A DNA stretch of 64,000 nt from a virus: positions 18,430-82,429 of the IMG/VR virus record IMGVR_UViG_3300048580_000994. The stretch is one strand, 5' to 3'. The position numbers and the translations under genes were made by a program. The notes beneath the pieces were generated by a model. It saw only the letters and a list, made by a program, of their open reading frames with translations, was not told where the DNA came from and did not search any database. This document shows, one piece after another, positions 1 to 8,361 of the stretch. Numbering within the stretch: the stretch's first letter is position 1; each line of letters begins with the position of its first letter.

Positions 1-26
1 GGGGTTCAATTCCCCGCAGTATCGCA
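1..26 (+). tRNA. 3' end of a tRNA truncated by the window edge
   Basis: T-arm GGGG-TTCAATT-CCCC followed by an acceptor-like 3' strand. Confidence 0.5.
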
Positions 27-93
27 TAAAGTAACTGTGGTACCCTGATGGGTTCCTTAATTAACCACCTTTAGTGTGGTAGCAGTTTTTAAT

Positions 94-162
94 GGGCTTT
101 CCGTATAGGACGGACCCTGCACTTGCAATGCGGGAGGGTCGGGGCAGTACCGACAAGGTCCA
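94..162 (+). tRNA. tRNA-Ala(TGC)
   Basis: Acceptor GGGCTTT/AAGGTCC with G3:U70; anticodon loop CT-TGC-AA. Confidence 0.75.
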
Positions 163-177
163 CAAAAATAAAATAAT

Positions 178-250
178 GGGTAGATGGTGAAGCTAGTGCT
201 CACATCGTTCTGAAAAAGCGAAGACCAAGGTGCGATCCCTTGTCTACCCA
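178..250 (+). tRNA. tRNA-Phe(GAA)
   Basis: Acceptor GGGTAGA/TCTACCC; anticodon arm TCGTT-CTGAAAA-AGCGA. Confidence 0.85.
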
Positions 251-255
251 CTTAT

Positions 256-326
256 GGTCTGTTAGTTCAAAGGAAGAACAAACGCTTGATAAGCGTTAGA
301 TGGGATATCGTAATTCTCACGGACCA
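256..326 (+). tRNA. tRNA-Ile(GAT)
   Basis: Cloverleaf; anticodon arm AACGC-TTGATAA-GCGTT. Confidence 0.85.
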
Positions 327-331
327 CTTAT

Positions 332-402
332 AGGAGCGACTCAGGGCTAGTAAGCACGGCCGATAACCGTGTGATGTTGGAGTTCAAATCTCCCCGTTCC
401 TA
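332..402 (+). tRNA. tRNA-Ile(GAT)
   Basis: Anticodon arm CACGG-CCGATAA-CCGTG; T loop TTCAAAT. Confidence 0.75.
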
Positions 403-407
403 CTTAT

Positions 408-478
408 GCCATCTTAGTACAACAGTAGTATTACCGGTTGAAGCCCGGTCGATCTTGGGGCGGGACCAAGGGGTGGCA
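408..478 (+). tRNA. tRNA-Phe(GAA)
   Basis: Anticodon arm ACCGG-TTGAAGC-CCGGT; acceptor GCCATCT/GGGTGGC. Confidence 0.8.
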
Positions 479-483
479 CTTAT

Positions 484-556
484 GGGCTTATAGGCTAATT
501 GGATAAACCTTTGGACTACGAATCCGAAATTCCAGATTCGAATTCTGGTAAGCCCG
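484..556 (+). tRNA. tRNA-Arg(ACG)
   Basis: Anticodon arm TTGGA-CTACGAA-TCCGA; canonical arms. Confidence 0.9.
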
Positions 557-687
557 CTACACACTGGACTATATTAGCAATAATATAAAATAACAGTGTT
601 TCTACCCATAATATTAGTATAATAGTAATGCAACCAGCCAAAAGGGTTGGGTGATATCAAGGCAGGATTGATATATTATGGTTAAAT

Positions 688-761
688 GCTTCCATAGTGA
701 TAATTGGTTAACACGATTCTTTGGTAAGGAATAAATCTCGGATCATTCCCGGGTGGAAGCT
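688..761 (+). tRNA. tRNA-Thr(GGT)
   Basis: Anticodon arm ATTCT-TTGGTAA-GGAAT; acceptor GCTTCCA/TGGAAGC. Confidence 0.85.
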
Positions 762-773
762 CTTAAACGATAT

Positions 774-856
774 GGAGAATGCCGGGGTTGGCTCCCCAAA
801 CAGTCTTGAAAACTGTGGTGACCGCAAGGTCAATAGTTCGATGCTATCATTCTCCG
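774..856 (+). tRNA. tRNA-Ser(TGA)
   Basis: Anticodon arm ACAGT-CTTGAAA-ACTGT; long variable arm; G73. Confidence 0.85.
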
Positions 857-871
857 CTTAACTTATTTTAT

Positions 872-952
872 GCCCGAGTGATGTAACAGCAGCCATGCAA
901 CGCTAAGAACGTTGTGCCGAAAGGCGTGCAGGTGCAATTCCTGTCTCGGGTA
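872..952 (+). tRNA. tRNA-Leu(AAG)
   Basis: Anticodon arm CAACG-CTAAGAA-CGTTG; long variable arm GCC-GAAA-GGC. Confidence 0.85.
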
Positions 953-1223
953 CTAAAAATTTTCAACGTAGGGACCAGTACCATGGCGAACACGAACAAA
1001 ATGGACAATATCAAGATAGTGATCATAGGCTTGATATTCGTTGAAAATTTTTTGATATGTCGGGTATGGCATGGTGCCTTCGAAGGGATTGGCCGTCTGG
1101 AGAAGAATGGGGTTCAAATCCACCGCCCGATACGAAAATTTTTTGATATTTTTGAAAAAAGTATTTGACAACATGGTTAAAAGTGGATATATTGTATAAA
1201 TAGAAAGTGATTAACGCACTTAT

Positions 1224-1302
1224 GCCCATGTGGTGGAATGGCAGACACGCCTGACTCAAAATCAGGTTCGAAAGAGTGGGGGTTCAAGTCCCTCCATGGG
1301 CA
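1224..1302 (+). tRNA. tRNA-Leu(CAA)
   Basis: Anticodon arm CCTGA-CTCAAAA-TCAGG; canonical Leu D arm. Confidence 0.9.
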
Positions 1303-1335
1303 CTAAAAGTTTATTGATTCTTTTTAAAAATCAAT

Positions 1336-1503
1336 TGGCGTCCCCGGTGAAAGGTCTGCTCATGGACCTCCAGTAATGGTGTCCGAATGGACATAAGATG
1401 TTGACCTTTGTGGCGATTGGTTAGTAACAAACATCGAAAAGGACAGAAGCCTCTGGTGCCCAACGTAAGTGTTGGGCTGGGCAGTCAAGAGCCAAGTAAT
1501 CTT
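1336..1503 (+). ncRNA. Unclassified structured RNA inside the tRNA array
   Basis: GC-rich island with hairpins TGTCC-GAAT-GGACA and GCCCAAC-GTAAGT-GTTGGGC; no credible ORF. Confidence 0.4.
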
Positions 1504-1508
1504 GATAT

Positions 1509-1581
1509 GCGGGCATAGCTCAGTTGGTAGAGTACAAGTTTTCCAAACTTGGTGTCGTCGGTTCAAGCCCGTCTGCCCGCT
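1509..1581 (+). tRNA. tRNA-Gly(TCC)
   Basis: Anticodon arm CAAGT-TTTCCAA-ACTTG; acceptor GCGGGCA/TGCCCGC. Confidence 0.9.
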
Positions 1582-1617
1582 CAAAACATTGAAATAGCAC
1601 AATTTTTAAAAATTGTG

Positions 1618-2337
1618 CTATTTGTTTATATAAATTGGCATTGATGAATTATACCAATTATTATTATATTCAGAGTATTTGGTATTCCATTCGTCAATTT
1701 CTAATAATAATTGTTCTAAAGTAACTGATGAATTTCCACACTTGGAACAATTGTCCTTTTTTAATAAATATTCACAGTTGGCAGGATGTGACAATATCAT
1801 TGGATTTATATTGTTTTTATAACCATTAACGACTGAATAACGATGGTCTTTATCATAGTTGTTTCCTTCAATAATATTATTAAAACCTAATAAACAATGC
1901 TTAATATTGTCGTGTATTTTTTTAAATCTGGATAATGTTCTGTAGTTTTTAAATGGCTCGACATCTGCAATAGTTAGTCCAAATTTTTTGAGTAATGTGT
2001 TTCTTTGTTGTTCCCTTGATTTTTCTGAACGATTTTTATTAGAGTTATCTCCAGAACAAGTTTGTGAACAAAAAGAATTTCGTCTTTGTTCATAAGGAAT
2101 ATTGTTGCCACATACCAAACATTTTTTGACAAATGAAGCTGTTGATATTGCCAATCGTTCTTTATTGGTTAAAAATCCTGCTTCTTTAATTGCGTTACTC
2201 CAACTACCAAATGTTCTTTCAAAGTGTCCATAATGAATGCTTGGTGAAAAAGTAAAATCGTTTCTTGATGGTATTTTATTATGTTGATTATAAAAATTTT
2301 TTAGTTCTGAAATTAAAAAGTCTTTAGTATATTTCAT
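1618..2337 (-). CDS. Free-standing HNH-type endonuclease with Zn-ribbon
   Basis: N-terminal FGSWSNAIKEAG homing-associated repeat, CxxC..FCSxxC, C-terminal DH-x-YS...HPANC...DN motif. Confidence 0.75.
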   Translation of the reverse strand: MKYTKDFLISELKNFYNQHNKIPSRNDFTFSPSIHYGHFERTFGSWSNAIKEAGFLTNKERLAISTASFVKKCLVCGNNIPYEQRRNSFCSQTCSGDNSNKNRSEKSREQQRNTLLKKFGLTIADVEPFKNYRTLSRFKKIHDNIKHCLLGFNNIIEGNNYDKDHRYSVVNGYKNNINPMILSHPANCEYLLKKDNCSKCGNSSVTLEQLLLEIDEWNTKYSEYNNNWYNSSMPIYINK

Positions 2338-2373
2338 TTGACATAATCTCCGGTTTCGGGTTATAAATAAAGG

Positions 2374-2432
2374 AGTGGGACAAGCCCTCCTCCGGTTGGG
2401 TTTCTATTGCCGCCACAGCAATGGATACCACT
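2374..2432 (+). ncRNA. Nuclease-divergent three-way-junction sRNA, copy 1
   Basis: AGTGG-GAC-AAGCCC-loop-GGGTTT-hairpin-GATA-CCACT downstream of TATAAATA; 7 copies in window. Confidence 0.75.
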
Positions 2433-2745
2433 AATTCTTTATATTATTTATCATTTTAGTTGTAAAAGTCAATATTATTTTTATCTTTCTATAGTTTAAT
2501 TAGAAAATCAAGTATATCATTCCAGTACAACGTAAGAAAATTTCAGGAAATCATCAGCTAACAAATCGCAAGGCTATAAAAACATTGAGCCAAGGGAAGT
2601 GCTTGGACAGGGCGAAATGATGAAATGAAATTAGTAAGACGTTTGAAAAAATGATTGAAAGATGAGTATTAGGTAAAACACCGGCATAGCATTGCGATTG
2701 GAGCCGGAGATTCTGTTCAAGTCAGACATGAAAGGCTAATTTAAT

Positions 2746-2826
2746 GGAAGGGCTGGGTACGAGTGAACCCAAGAGTCTGTAAAACTCCCCTTAACTGTGT
2801 GATGGTGCAAATTCCGTCCCCTTCCA
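2746..2826 (+). tRNA. tRNA-Tyr(GTA)
   Basis: Anticodon arm AGAGT-CTGTAAA-ACTCC; acceptor GGAAGGG/CCCTTCC. Confidence 0.8.
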
Positions 2827-2835
2827 CAAACAGAA

Positions 2836-2912
2836 CAACTTGATATGGTGTAATGGCTGCACGGACCACATGGAGTGGTCAGGTATTGGTTCAAATCCTT
2901 TCTCATTGTTGA
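2836..2912 (+). tRNA. Degenerate tRNA-Pro(TGG)
   Basis: D arm and anticodon arm GACCA-CATGGAG-TGGTC present; weak T and acceptor stems. Confidence 0.45.
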
Positions 2913-3034
2913 AGTTAAATCAAATCTGCAGGTTTGGTACTTCGTGTTCAGGGACGCTTGAACATTGTTCTGAAGATTTCCAGAGAGGTTTGTAAGTAGA
3001 CCCTGTAAGCGTTGACTGGGGAAACTTTCATTAT

Positions 3035-3120
3035 TCCGGGGTCGTCTAATTTGGTAGGACACCTGACTTTGAATCAGGGAGATTAACATCTCTGTGCAGG
3101 TTCGACTCCTGCTCCCGGAT
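3035..3120 (+). tRNA. tRNA-Gln(TTG) with long variable arm
   Basis: Anticodon arm CCTGA-CTTTGAA-TCAGG; extra arm GAGAT-TAAC-ATCTC. Confidence 0.9.
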
Positions 3121-3180
3121 CAAAAACAATAAGCGGTTGTAGGTGTAGACGTGTTAGATAGGAACCTTCATTTTTATTAT

Positions 3181-3256
3181 ATCGGTATAGTGTTAACGGT
3201 TAGCACGATGGTCTCCAAAACCACAAGTCAGGGTTCGAATCCTTGTACCGATGCCA
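3181..3256 (+). tRNA. tRNA-Trp(CCA)
   Basis: Anticodon arm ATGGT-CTCCAAA-ACCAC; encoded CCA. Confidence 0.9.
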
Positions 3257-3263
3257 AATTCAT

Positions 3264-3337
3264 ACTTCCGGATGGTGTGGGCACCTGTTATCCTTGACTC
3301 GGATGATGTTAGAGTTCAATTCTCTACGGAAGTACCA
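3264..3337 (+). tRNA. tRNA-Val(GAC), atypical
   Basis: Acceptor ACTTCCG/CGGAAGT-ACCA; anticodon loop TTGACTC. Confidence 0.65.
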
Positions 3338-3431
3338 AAATTGCATTCGTTAGGGTACCTTGATTATGTTGGTAAAAAATCTTGAGTATCTCAAAGCAAT
3401 ACCATCCAACAATGGTTAGTAAGGTTCGAAC

Positions 3432-4253
3432 TTACTTGATATATCTGGGTAATGTGTGGTTGCCAAATTCCCATAATACTATTCGAAGAAATAGTTCATT
3501 CAATGTTATAGTTGATGATATTCTTCTGTTAAAATTTTCTTTATATGGAACCATTTCTGCGTTTGCAGGATGTTTTATTAATTCAAATGATATATTATTT
3601 TTATATCCTTCTTGTATTTGGTATAAATGGTCCCAAGTAACTCCGGTGGGGTTTGGGTTCATTGCTGAATGTGGTCTATACCACCCATAGTTTTTGATCA
3701 TTTCAAAATCAAATAATTCACTATGTTTTTTGGAAGATAATGAAAACCTGCAACTTTTTCTGTAAAATGTTTTATTTTCATATCTACATTTTGTGCAATA
3801 ACAAGAACTTCTTGATGCTGGACTGATAAATATAATATTACATTTTTCACATTGTTTGTATTTAATATTTGTGGTTGGGTATTCTTTTGGTGCTTTATAT
3901 GTTGGTGATTTTGTTCTTGGATTTTGTTGGAAATATATTTTTAATTTTTTAGAAACAGTTAATCCAATTTGTTGTTTAGAAACATCTGATAGTGTCCAGC
4001 CATTTTCAATTCGTTTTTTATTAGTATAAGTAGCAGAACAAGAATGATTGCAGAAATCTTTTCTTTTATTATCATAATCAATAATTATACCGCAGCACAA
4101 ACATTTTTTAGGGTTTTGGTTGTATAGTTTGATGTTTTCGTTTTTAGTATGGTTGCCCAAACATTGTTTTGAGCAATAAGTCATTGATCTTTTATCTTTG
4201 ATTATAAATTCTTTTTTACATTCTTGGCATATAGCAGTTTTTTTAATTTTCAT
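3432..4253 (-). CDS. Free-standing HNH-type endonuclease with Zn-ribbon repeats
   Basis: Repeated CxxC..YCS/FCN..C motifs; C-terminal WDHLY...HPANA...EN motif. Confidence 0.75.
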   Translation of the reverse strand: MKIKKTAICQECKKEFIIKDKRSMTYCSKQCLGNHTKNENIKLYNQNPKKCLCCGIIIDYDNKRKDFCNHSCSATYTNKKRIENGWTLSDVSKQQIGLTVSKKLKIYFQQNPRTKSPTYKAPKEYPTTNIKYKQCEKCNIIFISPASRSSCYCTKCRYENKTFYRKSCRFSLSSKKHSELFDFEMIKNYGWYRPHSAMNPNPTGVTWDHLYQIQEGYKNNISFELIKHPANAEMVPYKENFNRRISSTITLNELFLRIVLWEFGNHTLPRYIK

Positions 4254-4289
4254 TTGACATAATCTCCGGTTTCGGGTTATAAATAAAGG

Positions 4290-4348
4290 AGTGGGACAAG
4301 CCCTCCTCCGGTTGGGTTTCCATTATCCGCTAAGTAATGGATACCACT
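4290..4348 (+). ncRNA. Nuclease-divergent sRNA, copy 2
   Basis: Near-identical to copy 1 except the second hairpin (CATTA-TCCGCTAAG-TAATG). Confidence 0.75.
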
Positions 4349-4400
4349 AATTCTTTATATTATTTATCATTTTGGTTGTAAAAGTCAATATTTAAATTAT

Positions 4401-4475
4401 GCTCGGTAGATCGCTGGGGCGACGATGATCCTTACAAGATTGTTGTGGTGGGTCCAATCCCCACACCGAGTACCA
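4401..4475 (+). tRNA. tRNA-Val(TAC)
   Basis: Anticodon arm TGATC-CTTACAA-GATTG; encoded CCA. Confidence 0.75.
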
Positions 4476-4564
4476 AATAAAAATTAAACTTCAATGGACA
4501 ATGGCGTATCCCGACATTGTGGGAAGTTTATACAGTTTTGTGGTATCTGTGTCAAACCACTTTT

Positions 4565-4644
4565 GGCCTGTGGGACTGCATGGTGTAGTCGCCCGCCTGT
4601 CACGCGGGAGGTTCAGAGGGGATCGTTACCCCTACAGGTCGCCA
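4565..4644 (+). tRNA. tRNA-Asp(GTC)
   Basis: Anticodon arm CCCGC-CTGTCAC-GCGGG; GCCA end. Confidence 0.85.
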
Positions 4645-4650
4645 AACCAT

Positions 4651-4790
4651 CGCAGAGCAAGTCCTTTCATTTGGGACGAAAGAGGGAGTAGGCACTTGAA
4701 GTCGAAACCGTGAGTGGTGCTGCAACCAATTTCCGAAAGGACTGGACAATAAAAGTCCAAGACTCGCAGCGATTCCCACCTCTGCAACCA
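4651..4790 (+). ncRNA. 140-nt initiator-tRNA-like RNA ending in ACCA
   Basis: Acceptor CGCAGAG/CTCTGCA-ACCA with C1:A72 mismatch; GTCCT-TTCATTT-GGGAC arm; expanded interior. Confidence 0.55.
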
Positions 4791-4793
4791 ATT

Positions 4794-4865
4794 CAGGGTG
4801 TAGCTTAAAAGAAAAGTGCTGGTCTCGGAAACCAGAGACTGGGTTTGCAAGATACCCCATCCTGA
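4794..4865 (+). tRNA. tRNA-Pro(CGG)
   Basis: Anticodon arm CTGGT-CTCGGAA-ACCAG. Confidence 0.85.
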
Positions 4866-4878
4866 CAAAATGTTTTAT

Positions 4879-4952
4879 GGGCTGTGTAATGGGGTTACGG
4901 GTGACTTTTGCAAAGTTGCTGATTCAGGAGGGTTCGATTCCCCCACGGTCCA
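4879..4952 (+). tRNA. tRNA-Ala(TGC)
   Basis: G3:U70; anticodon arm TGACT-TTTGCAA-AGTTG; T loop TTCGATT. Confidence 0.75.
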
Positions 4953-4958
4953 CTTAAT

Positions 4959-5030
4959 GGGGAATGGGCGAGGTACCCGGATAATCATGGCATGATTATA
5001 GCCTGATCGGAGCGTTACCGATATTCTCCA
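4959..5030 (+). tRNA. tRNA-Ala(GGC)
   Basis: Acceptor GGGGAAT/ATTCTCC with G3:U70; anticodon arm TAATC-ATGGCAT-GATTA. Confidence 0.7.
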
Positions 5031-5147
5031 CAAACAATTACCAAGATTGTATCGGTGAAAAAGTCTACGTAAAGTCGGGACGAATCGAACAAAAAGGTGT
5101 TAGAATATTGTTCATTTTGGTTAAAGACTGTGACCAAAAATATTAAT

Positions 5148-5221
5148 GCGGGTATGATGTAAAGGTTGCCTGAAGCGTTGCCAACGCTTACTTGGGATTT
5201 CGATTCCATCTAGGTACTCCA
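5148..5221 (+). pseudogene. Degenerate tRNA-Gly(GCC)
   Basis: Anticodon arm AAGCG-TTGCCAA-CGCTT intact but acceptor and T stems mispaired. Confidence 0.5.
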
Positions 5222-5260
5222 CTCATATAAATACTAAGTACAATTACGGAGGATAATTTT

Positions 5261-5785
5261 ATGAAAATACATGAAATCATATATGAGACACTTGGTGCTA
5301 CGTCATATCCATGGAAGTTAGTGGATCGATCAGCATCTAGCAATACCTATGAGTTTTTCAACGCACAACAGATAAAGTATATTGTAGACTTAATGCACAG
5401 TACTCAATTCTCAGAATTAGTTAAAGCTAAAATCGATATTGCTCGTGTTGTTTTTAGAAATCAAGTTTCAATTGATTCGAGTAAAGAAAATCTACACATC
5501 ACCAATACTGGTGATGCTTGGGGAGTATTCTCTACAGTAATAGATATTATAAAACACGCAATAAACGAGTCAAACTTTGATATTATTGTTTTTGAAGCCG
5601 ACAAGAAAGAGCCTAGTAGGGTTAGGTTGTATTCTACATTTATGTCACGTGTACAGCAAGTCCTGCCTAATTATATTGCAGCACCAGCAGTTGATGCAGA
5701 CTGGCTAATCAGATACAGGCTTGTGAAAAAAGATTCACCTTTGAATACTCCACTATTCATGTCCCCAAAGAAGAAAAAGAAGTAA
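5261..5785 (+). CDS. Hypothetical late protein (MKIHEI leader)
   Basis: GGAGG RBS and upstream TATAAATA. Confidence 0.7.
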   Translation: MKIHEIIYETLGATSYPWKLVDRSASSNTYEFFNAQQIKYIVDLMHSTQFSELVKAKIDIARVVFRNQVSIDSSKENLHITNTGDAWGVFSTVIDIIKHAINESNFDIIVFEADKKEPSRVRLYSTFMSRVQQVLPNYIAAPAVDADWLIRYRLVKKDSPLNTPLFMSPKKKKK

Positions 5786-5845
5786 TTTAAGCCGCTGGTG
5801 TTGGTTCGATTCCCTTCTGGTCCACGGAAAGATAAATAATATAAT

Positions 5846-5930
5846 GCGGGTGTCGCATAGCGGCTATTGCGCTTGCTTGCCAAGCAAGAGACCCTAAAGG
5901 TCATCACGGATTCGAGTTCCGTCACCCGCT
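5846..5930 (+). tRNA. tRNA-Gly(GCC) with long variable arm
   Basis: Anticodon arm CTTGC-TTGCCAA-GCAAG; extra arm GACC-CTAAA-GGTC. Confidence 0.85.
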
Positions 5931-5952
5931 CCTAATAATATTTAAAGTTTGA

Positions 5953-6023
5953 TTGGGTATCGTCTAGTGGTAAGACAAACGGCTGTTAACCGTTCAACCG
6001 AAGTTCGAATCTTCGTACCCGAA
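5953..6023 (+). tRNA. tRNA-Asn(GTT)
   Basis: Anticodon arm AACGG-CTGTTAA-CCGTT. Confidence 0.9.
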
Positions 6024-6045
6024 CTGAAAAGATAAATACAATAAT

Positions 6046-6117
6046 GGATCGTTAGCAAATCAACTAATGCGGCCGGCTGCAACCCGGCAGGACTCAGGGT
6101 AGCACTGAGACGGTCCT
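6046..6117 (+). tRNA. tRNA-Cys(GCA)
   Basis: Anticodon arm GCCGG-CTGCAAC-CCGGC; U73. Confidence 0.8.
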
Positions 6118-6153
6118 CTACAATTTTTAAATAAATAAATTGACATTTGATGA

Positions 6154-6792
6154 ATGAATATGATAAATAATAATATGACAAACTGTTATCAATATTATTA
6201 TTTATATCAAATCACTAATTTATTAGATGGTAAAATTTACATAGGAGTTCATAAAACAAATAATCTTGGTGATGGTTATTTGGGGTCTGGTACCCTTTTA
6301 TTGAGGGCATATAATAAGTATGGTGTTGAAAATTTTGAAAAACAAATTTTAGAATTTTTTGATAATGCTGATGATATGTTAATGAGAGAAAGTGTGGTTG
6401 TTAATTTGGATTTTATTAATAGGGATGATACTTATAATATTAAAACTGGTGGATTGCAGGGAATACTTGACCAACATACATTAAATAAAATAAAAGAAAC
6501 CTTTAAACTTAAAAAAATAAGTCATGGTGAGACAAATACACAGTTTGGTACAATGTGGATAACCAATGGGGTTGACAATAAAAAAATTAAAAAAGATGAT
6601 GAAATACCTTTTGGTTGGAAAAAGGGGAGGGTCATGCCATCTGATTGGGGTAAAAATATTGGGGATAAATTGAGGGGTAGAACTTTAGAGGATATTCAGG
6701 GTTATGAAAAAGCCCAACAAACTAAAAAACGTATTTCAAATTTTCAAAAAAATAAATATGCGTTGATTAAAAATAAAAATGATCTGGAGTGA
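6154..6792 (+). CDS. GIY-YIG homing endonuclease (T4 Seg-like)
   Basis: YLYQITNLLDGKIYIGVH...YLGSG...KYGVENF...YNIKTGG; located in a tRNA cluster like T4 segB. Confidence 0.9.
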   Translation: MNMINNNMTNCYQYYYLYQITNLLDGKIYIGVHKTNNLGDGYLGSGTLLLRAYNKYGVENFEKQILEFFDNADDMLMRESVVVNLDFINRDDTYNIKTGGLQGILDQHTLNKIKETFKLKKISHGETNTQFGTMWITNGVDNKKIKKDDEIPFGWKKGRVMPSDWGKNIGDKLRGRTLEDIQGYEKAQQTKKRISNFQKNKYALIKNKNDLE

Positions 6793-6922
6793 ATACCAGG
6801 GAGGACGATTACAAGATCGTAGATGAATGTCAGGATAATACAGAACCCCGGCTATAGGATGTTAAAAATATTTGTAAATACTATATAATCATATTATAAT
6901 AATGAATGATGGAGAATAAAAA

Positions 6923-7576
6923 ATGCGATTGCGAGAATTTTTACCGGGCAAATCATCTATTCAATTAATCTCTGAAGCCAGAGCGATGAAGGGTGATTAT
7001 GCTGCAGATGAACAATTCAAGGAAACGTTTTTATCACCATTGAGTAAAATAGTTTTTGAAAATAATTGGGAAGATTGTGATAATATTGATATTGATGGGC
7101 AAATAATGAAAATTATTGCCAGTAAATCGGATGACACTTATGCTGTTGGATATTGGAGAAATGATGAAAATCAGAAAACCATTTTTCAAAGAATTTGTGT
7201 TATACAACTTATTGATTGTTTGTATTTGGCGTCTAAGTTAAAAACTTATCCAGAAATGCGCCAAGTGACCATGATTTTTGTCACAGAAAGTTTTAGGAGT
7301 ACTAAAATTGCAAAAAAGATGTATCAATGGTTTGTTCAGCAAGGATTTTCATTAATAGGTGATGTTGAGCAATATTTTGGTGCAAGAAAATTGTGGTGTG
7401 CATTGTCAAAAATTTCCACTTTGCGTGTTGATGTTGTGAATAGGAACACAGGAACTATTATTCAACAAGGTAGAATTATAGAGCATGGTGAATTGGACCA
7501 TGAATTTGATAATGAGATATGGGCTTATGATAGTAGTAAAAATGATATTGGTTTGATATTGATTGATATTAGGTAA
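6923..7576 (+). CDS. Putative GNAT-fold protein (MRLREF leader)
   Basis: IFVTESFRSTKIAKKMY resembles acetyl-CoA motif A; GARKLW motif. Confidence 0.55.
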   Translation: MRLREFLPGKSSIQLISEARAMKGDYAADEQFKETFLSPLSKIVFENNWEDCDNIDIDGQIMKIIASKSDDTYAVGYWRNDENQKTIFQRICVIQLIDCLYLASKLKTYPEMRQVTMIFVTESFRSTKIAKKMYQWFVQQGFSLIGDVEQYFGARKLWCALSKISTLRVDVVNRNTGTIIQQGRIIEHGELDHEFDNEIWAYDSSKNDIGLILIDIR

Positions 7577-7583
7577 AAATTAT

Positions 7584-7658
7584 GGTGGTCGTGGCGGAAT
7601 TGGTAAACGCAACGGATTGTGATTCCGTAAACTGGGGGTTCGAGTCCCCTCGATCACC
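7584..7658 (+). tRNA. tRNA-His(GTG)
   Basis: G-1:C73; anticodon arm ACGGA-TTGTGAT-TCCGT. Confidence 0.92.
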
Positions 7659-7670
7659 CGGATAAAAAAT

Positions 7671-7759
7671 GGTGTAGTCCCATAATGGTATTGGAGCGGA
7701 TTGCTAATCCGTCGGACGTTAATAGCGTCTTCAGAGTTCGAGTCTCTGCTACACCGCCA
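7671..7759 (+). tRNA. tRNA-Ser(GCT)
   Basis: Anticodon arm GCGGA-TTGCTAA-TCCGT; long arm; GCCA end. Confidence 0.92.
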
Positions 7760-7767
7760 ATAATAAT

Positions 7768-7840
7768 GGCTCGTCTGTTGGTTTTTACAGCACAAGGTCT
7801 TCGAAACCATGATGGAAATGTTCGATTCATTTACGGGTCA
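7768..7840 (+). tRNA. tRNA-Arg(TCG)
   Basis: Anticodon arm GGT-CTTCGAA-ACC; acceptor GGCTCGT/ACGGGTC. Confidence 0.65.
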
Positions 7841-7893
7841 CTAAAAATTTTGGGCGATGGAAACGGGATTCGATTTCCCACAGGTCCACTTAT

Positions 7894-7983
7894 GGGTAGT
7901 AAAGTAGCTGGGAGCTACACAGGTTTGGAAAACCTGTTGGCGTTGAAAAACACGCTGGGGATCGAGACCTCTGCTACCCGCCA
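7894..7983 (+). tRNA. tRNA-Ser(GGA)
   Basis: Anticodon arm CAGGT-TTGGAAA-ACCTG; long arm; GCCA end. Confidence 0.85.
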
Positions 7984-8003
7984 ACAACAACTGAGGTACT
8001 ATC

Positions 8004-8201
8004 ATGATAGAAATAATTGGTGGTATATTAATAGTATTATTGATATTATTAAACATTCGTTTTAGAAATTTATTGAAAGATGCAAGAGATACCAGTCTTA
8101 AACTTTTAGAACAATTGGAAGAAAGTAAAAAACAAGTCATTGAATTACATAAACAAAATTCCCTATTAATGGGAGAAAACGTAAAGTTAAAATCAAAATA
8201 A
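8004..8201 (+). CDS. Small membrane-anchored coiled-coil protein
   Basis: N-terminal TM helix followed by heptad-rich tail; GAGG RBS. Confidence 0.6.
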   Translation: MIEIIGGILIVLLILLNIRFRNLLKDARDTSLKLLEQLEESKKQVIELHKQNSLLMGENVKLKSK

Positions 8202-8206
8202 ATTAT

Positions 8207-8288
8207 GCCGGTGTGATGTAATGGTAGCCTTGCCTCGCTTAAAACGAGGTGTCCTTGAGACGTGCAGGTTCAAATCCTGTCGCCGGTA
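8207..8288 (+). tRNA. tRNA-Leu(TAA)
   Basis: Anticodon arm CCTCG-CTTAAAA-CGAGG. Confidence 0.9.
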
Positions 8289-8361
8289 CTTAAAAAATAT
8301 TGACAATACCCAATCTATCATGCAAAGATGATAATCTAATTTAATAAAAGGAACCAATTGA

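Noticed and set aside
1059-1131. tRNA-like element TCGGGT...GCCCGA with a TTCAAAT loop
   Set aside because: No consistent anticodon arm could be assigned, so it is left uncalled.
2374-2432. sRNA as a hammerhead ribozyme or c-di-GMP riboswitch
   Set aside because: There is no CUGANGA core on either strand and no GEMM tetraloop/receptor layout. The structured strand points away from the gene.
3262-3281. Gapped similarity between P3 of sRNA copy 3 (ATACTTCCGACGGTGT) and the 5' end of tRNA-Val(GAC), suggesting a guide
   Set aside because: I found no comparable tRNA match for the other six copies, and a similar-quality match of copy 1 falls inside the hemerythrin gene (~33667), so chance is plausible. 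A systematic search is needed.
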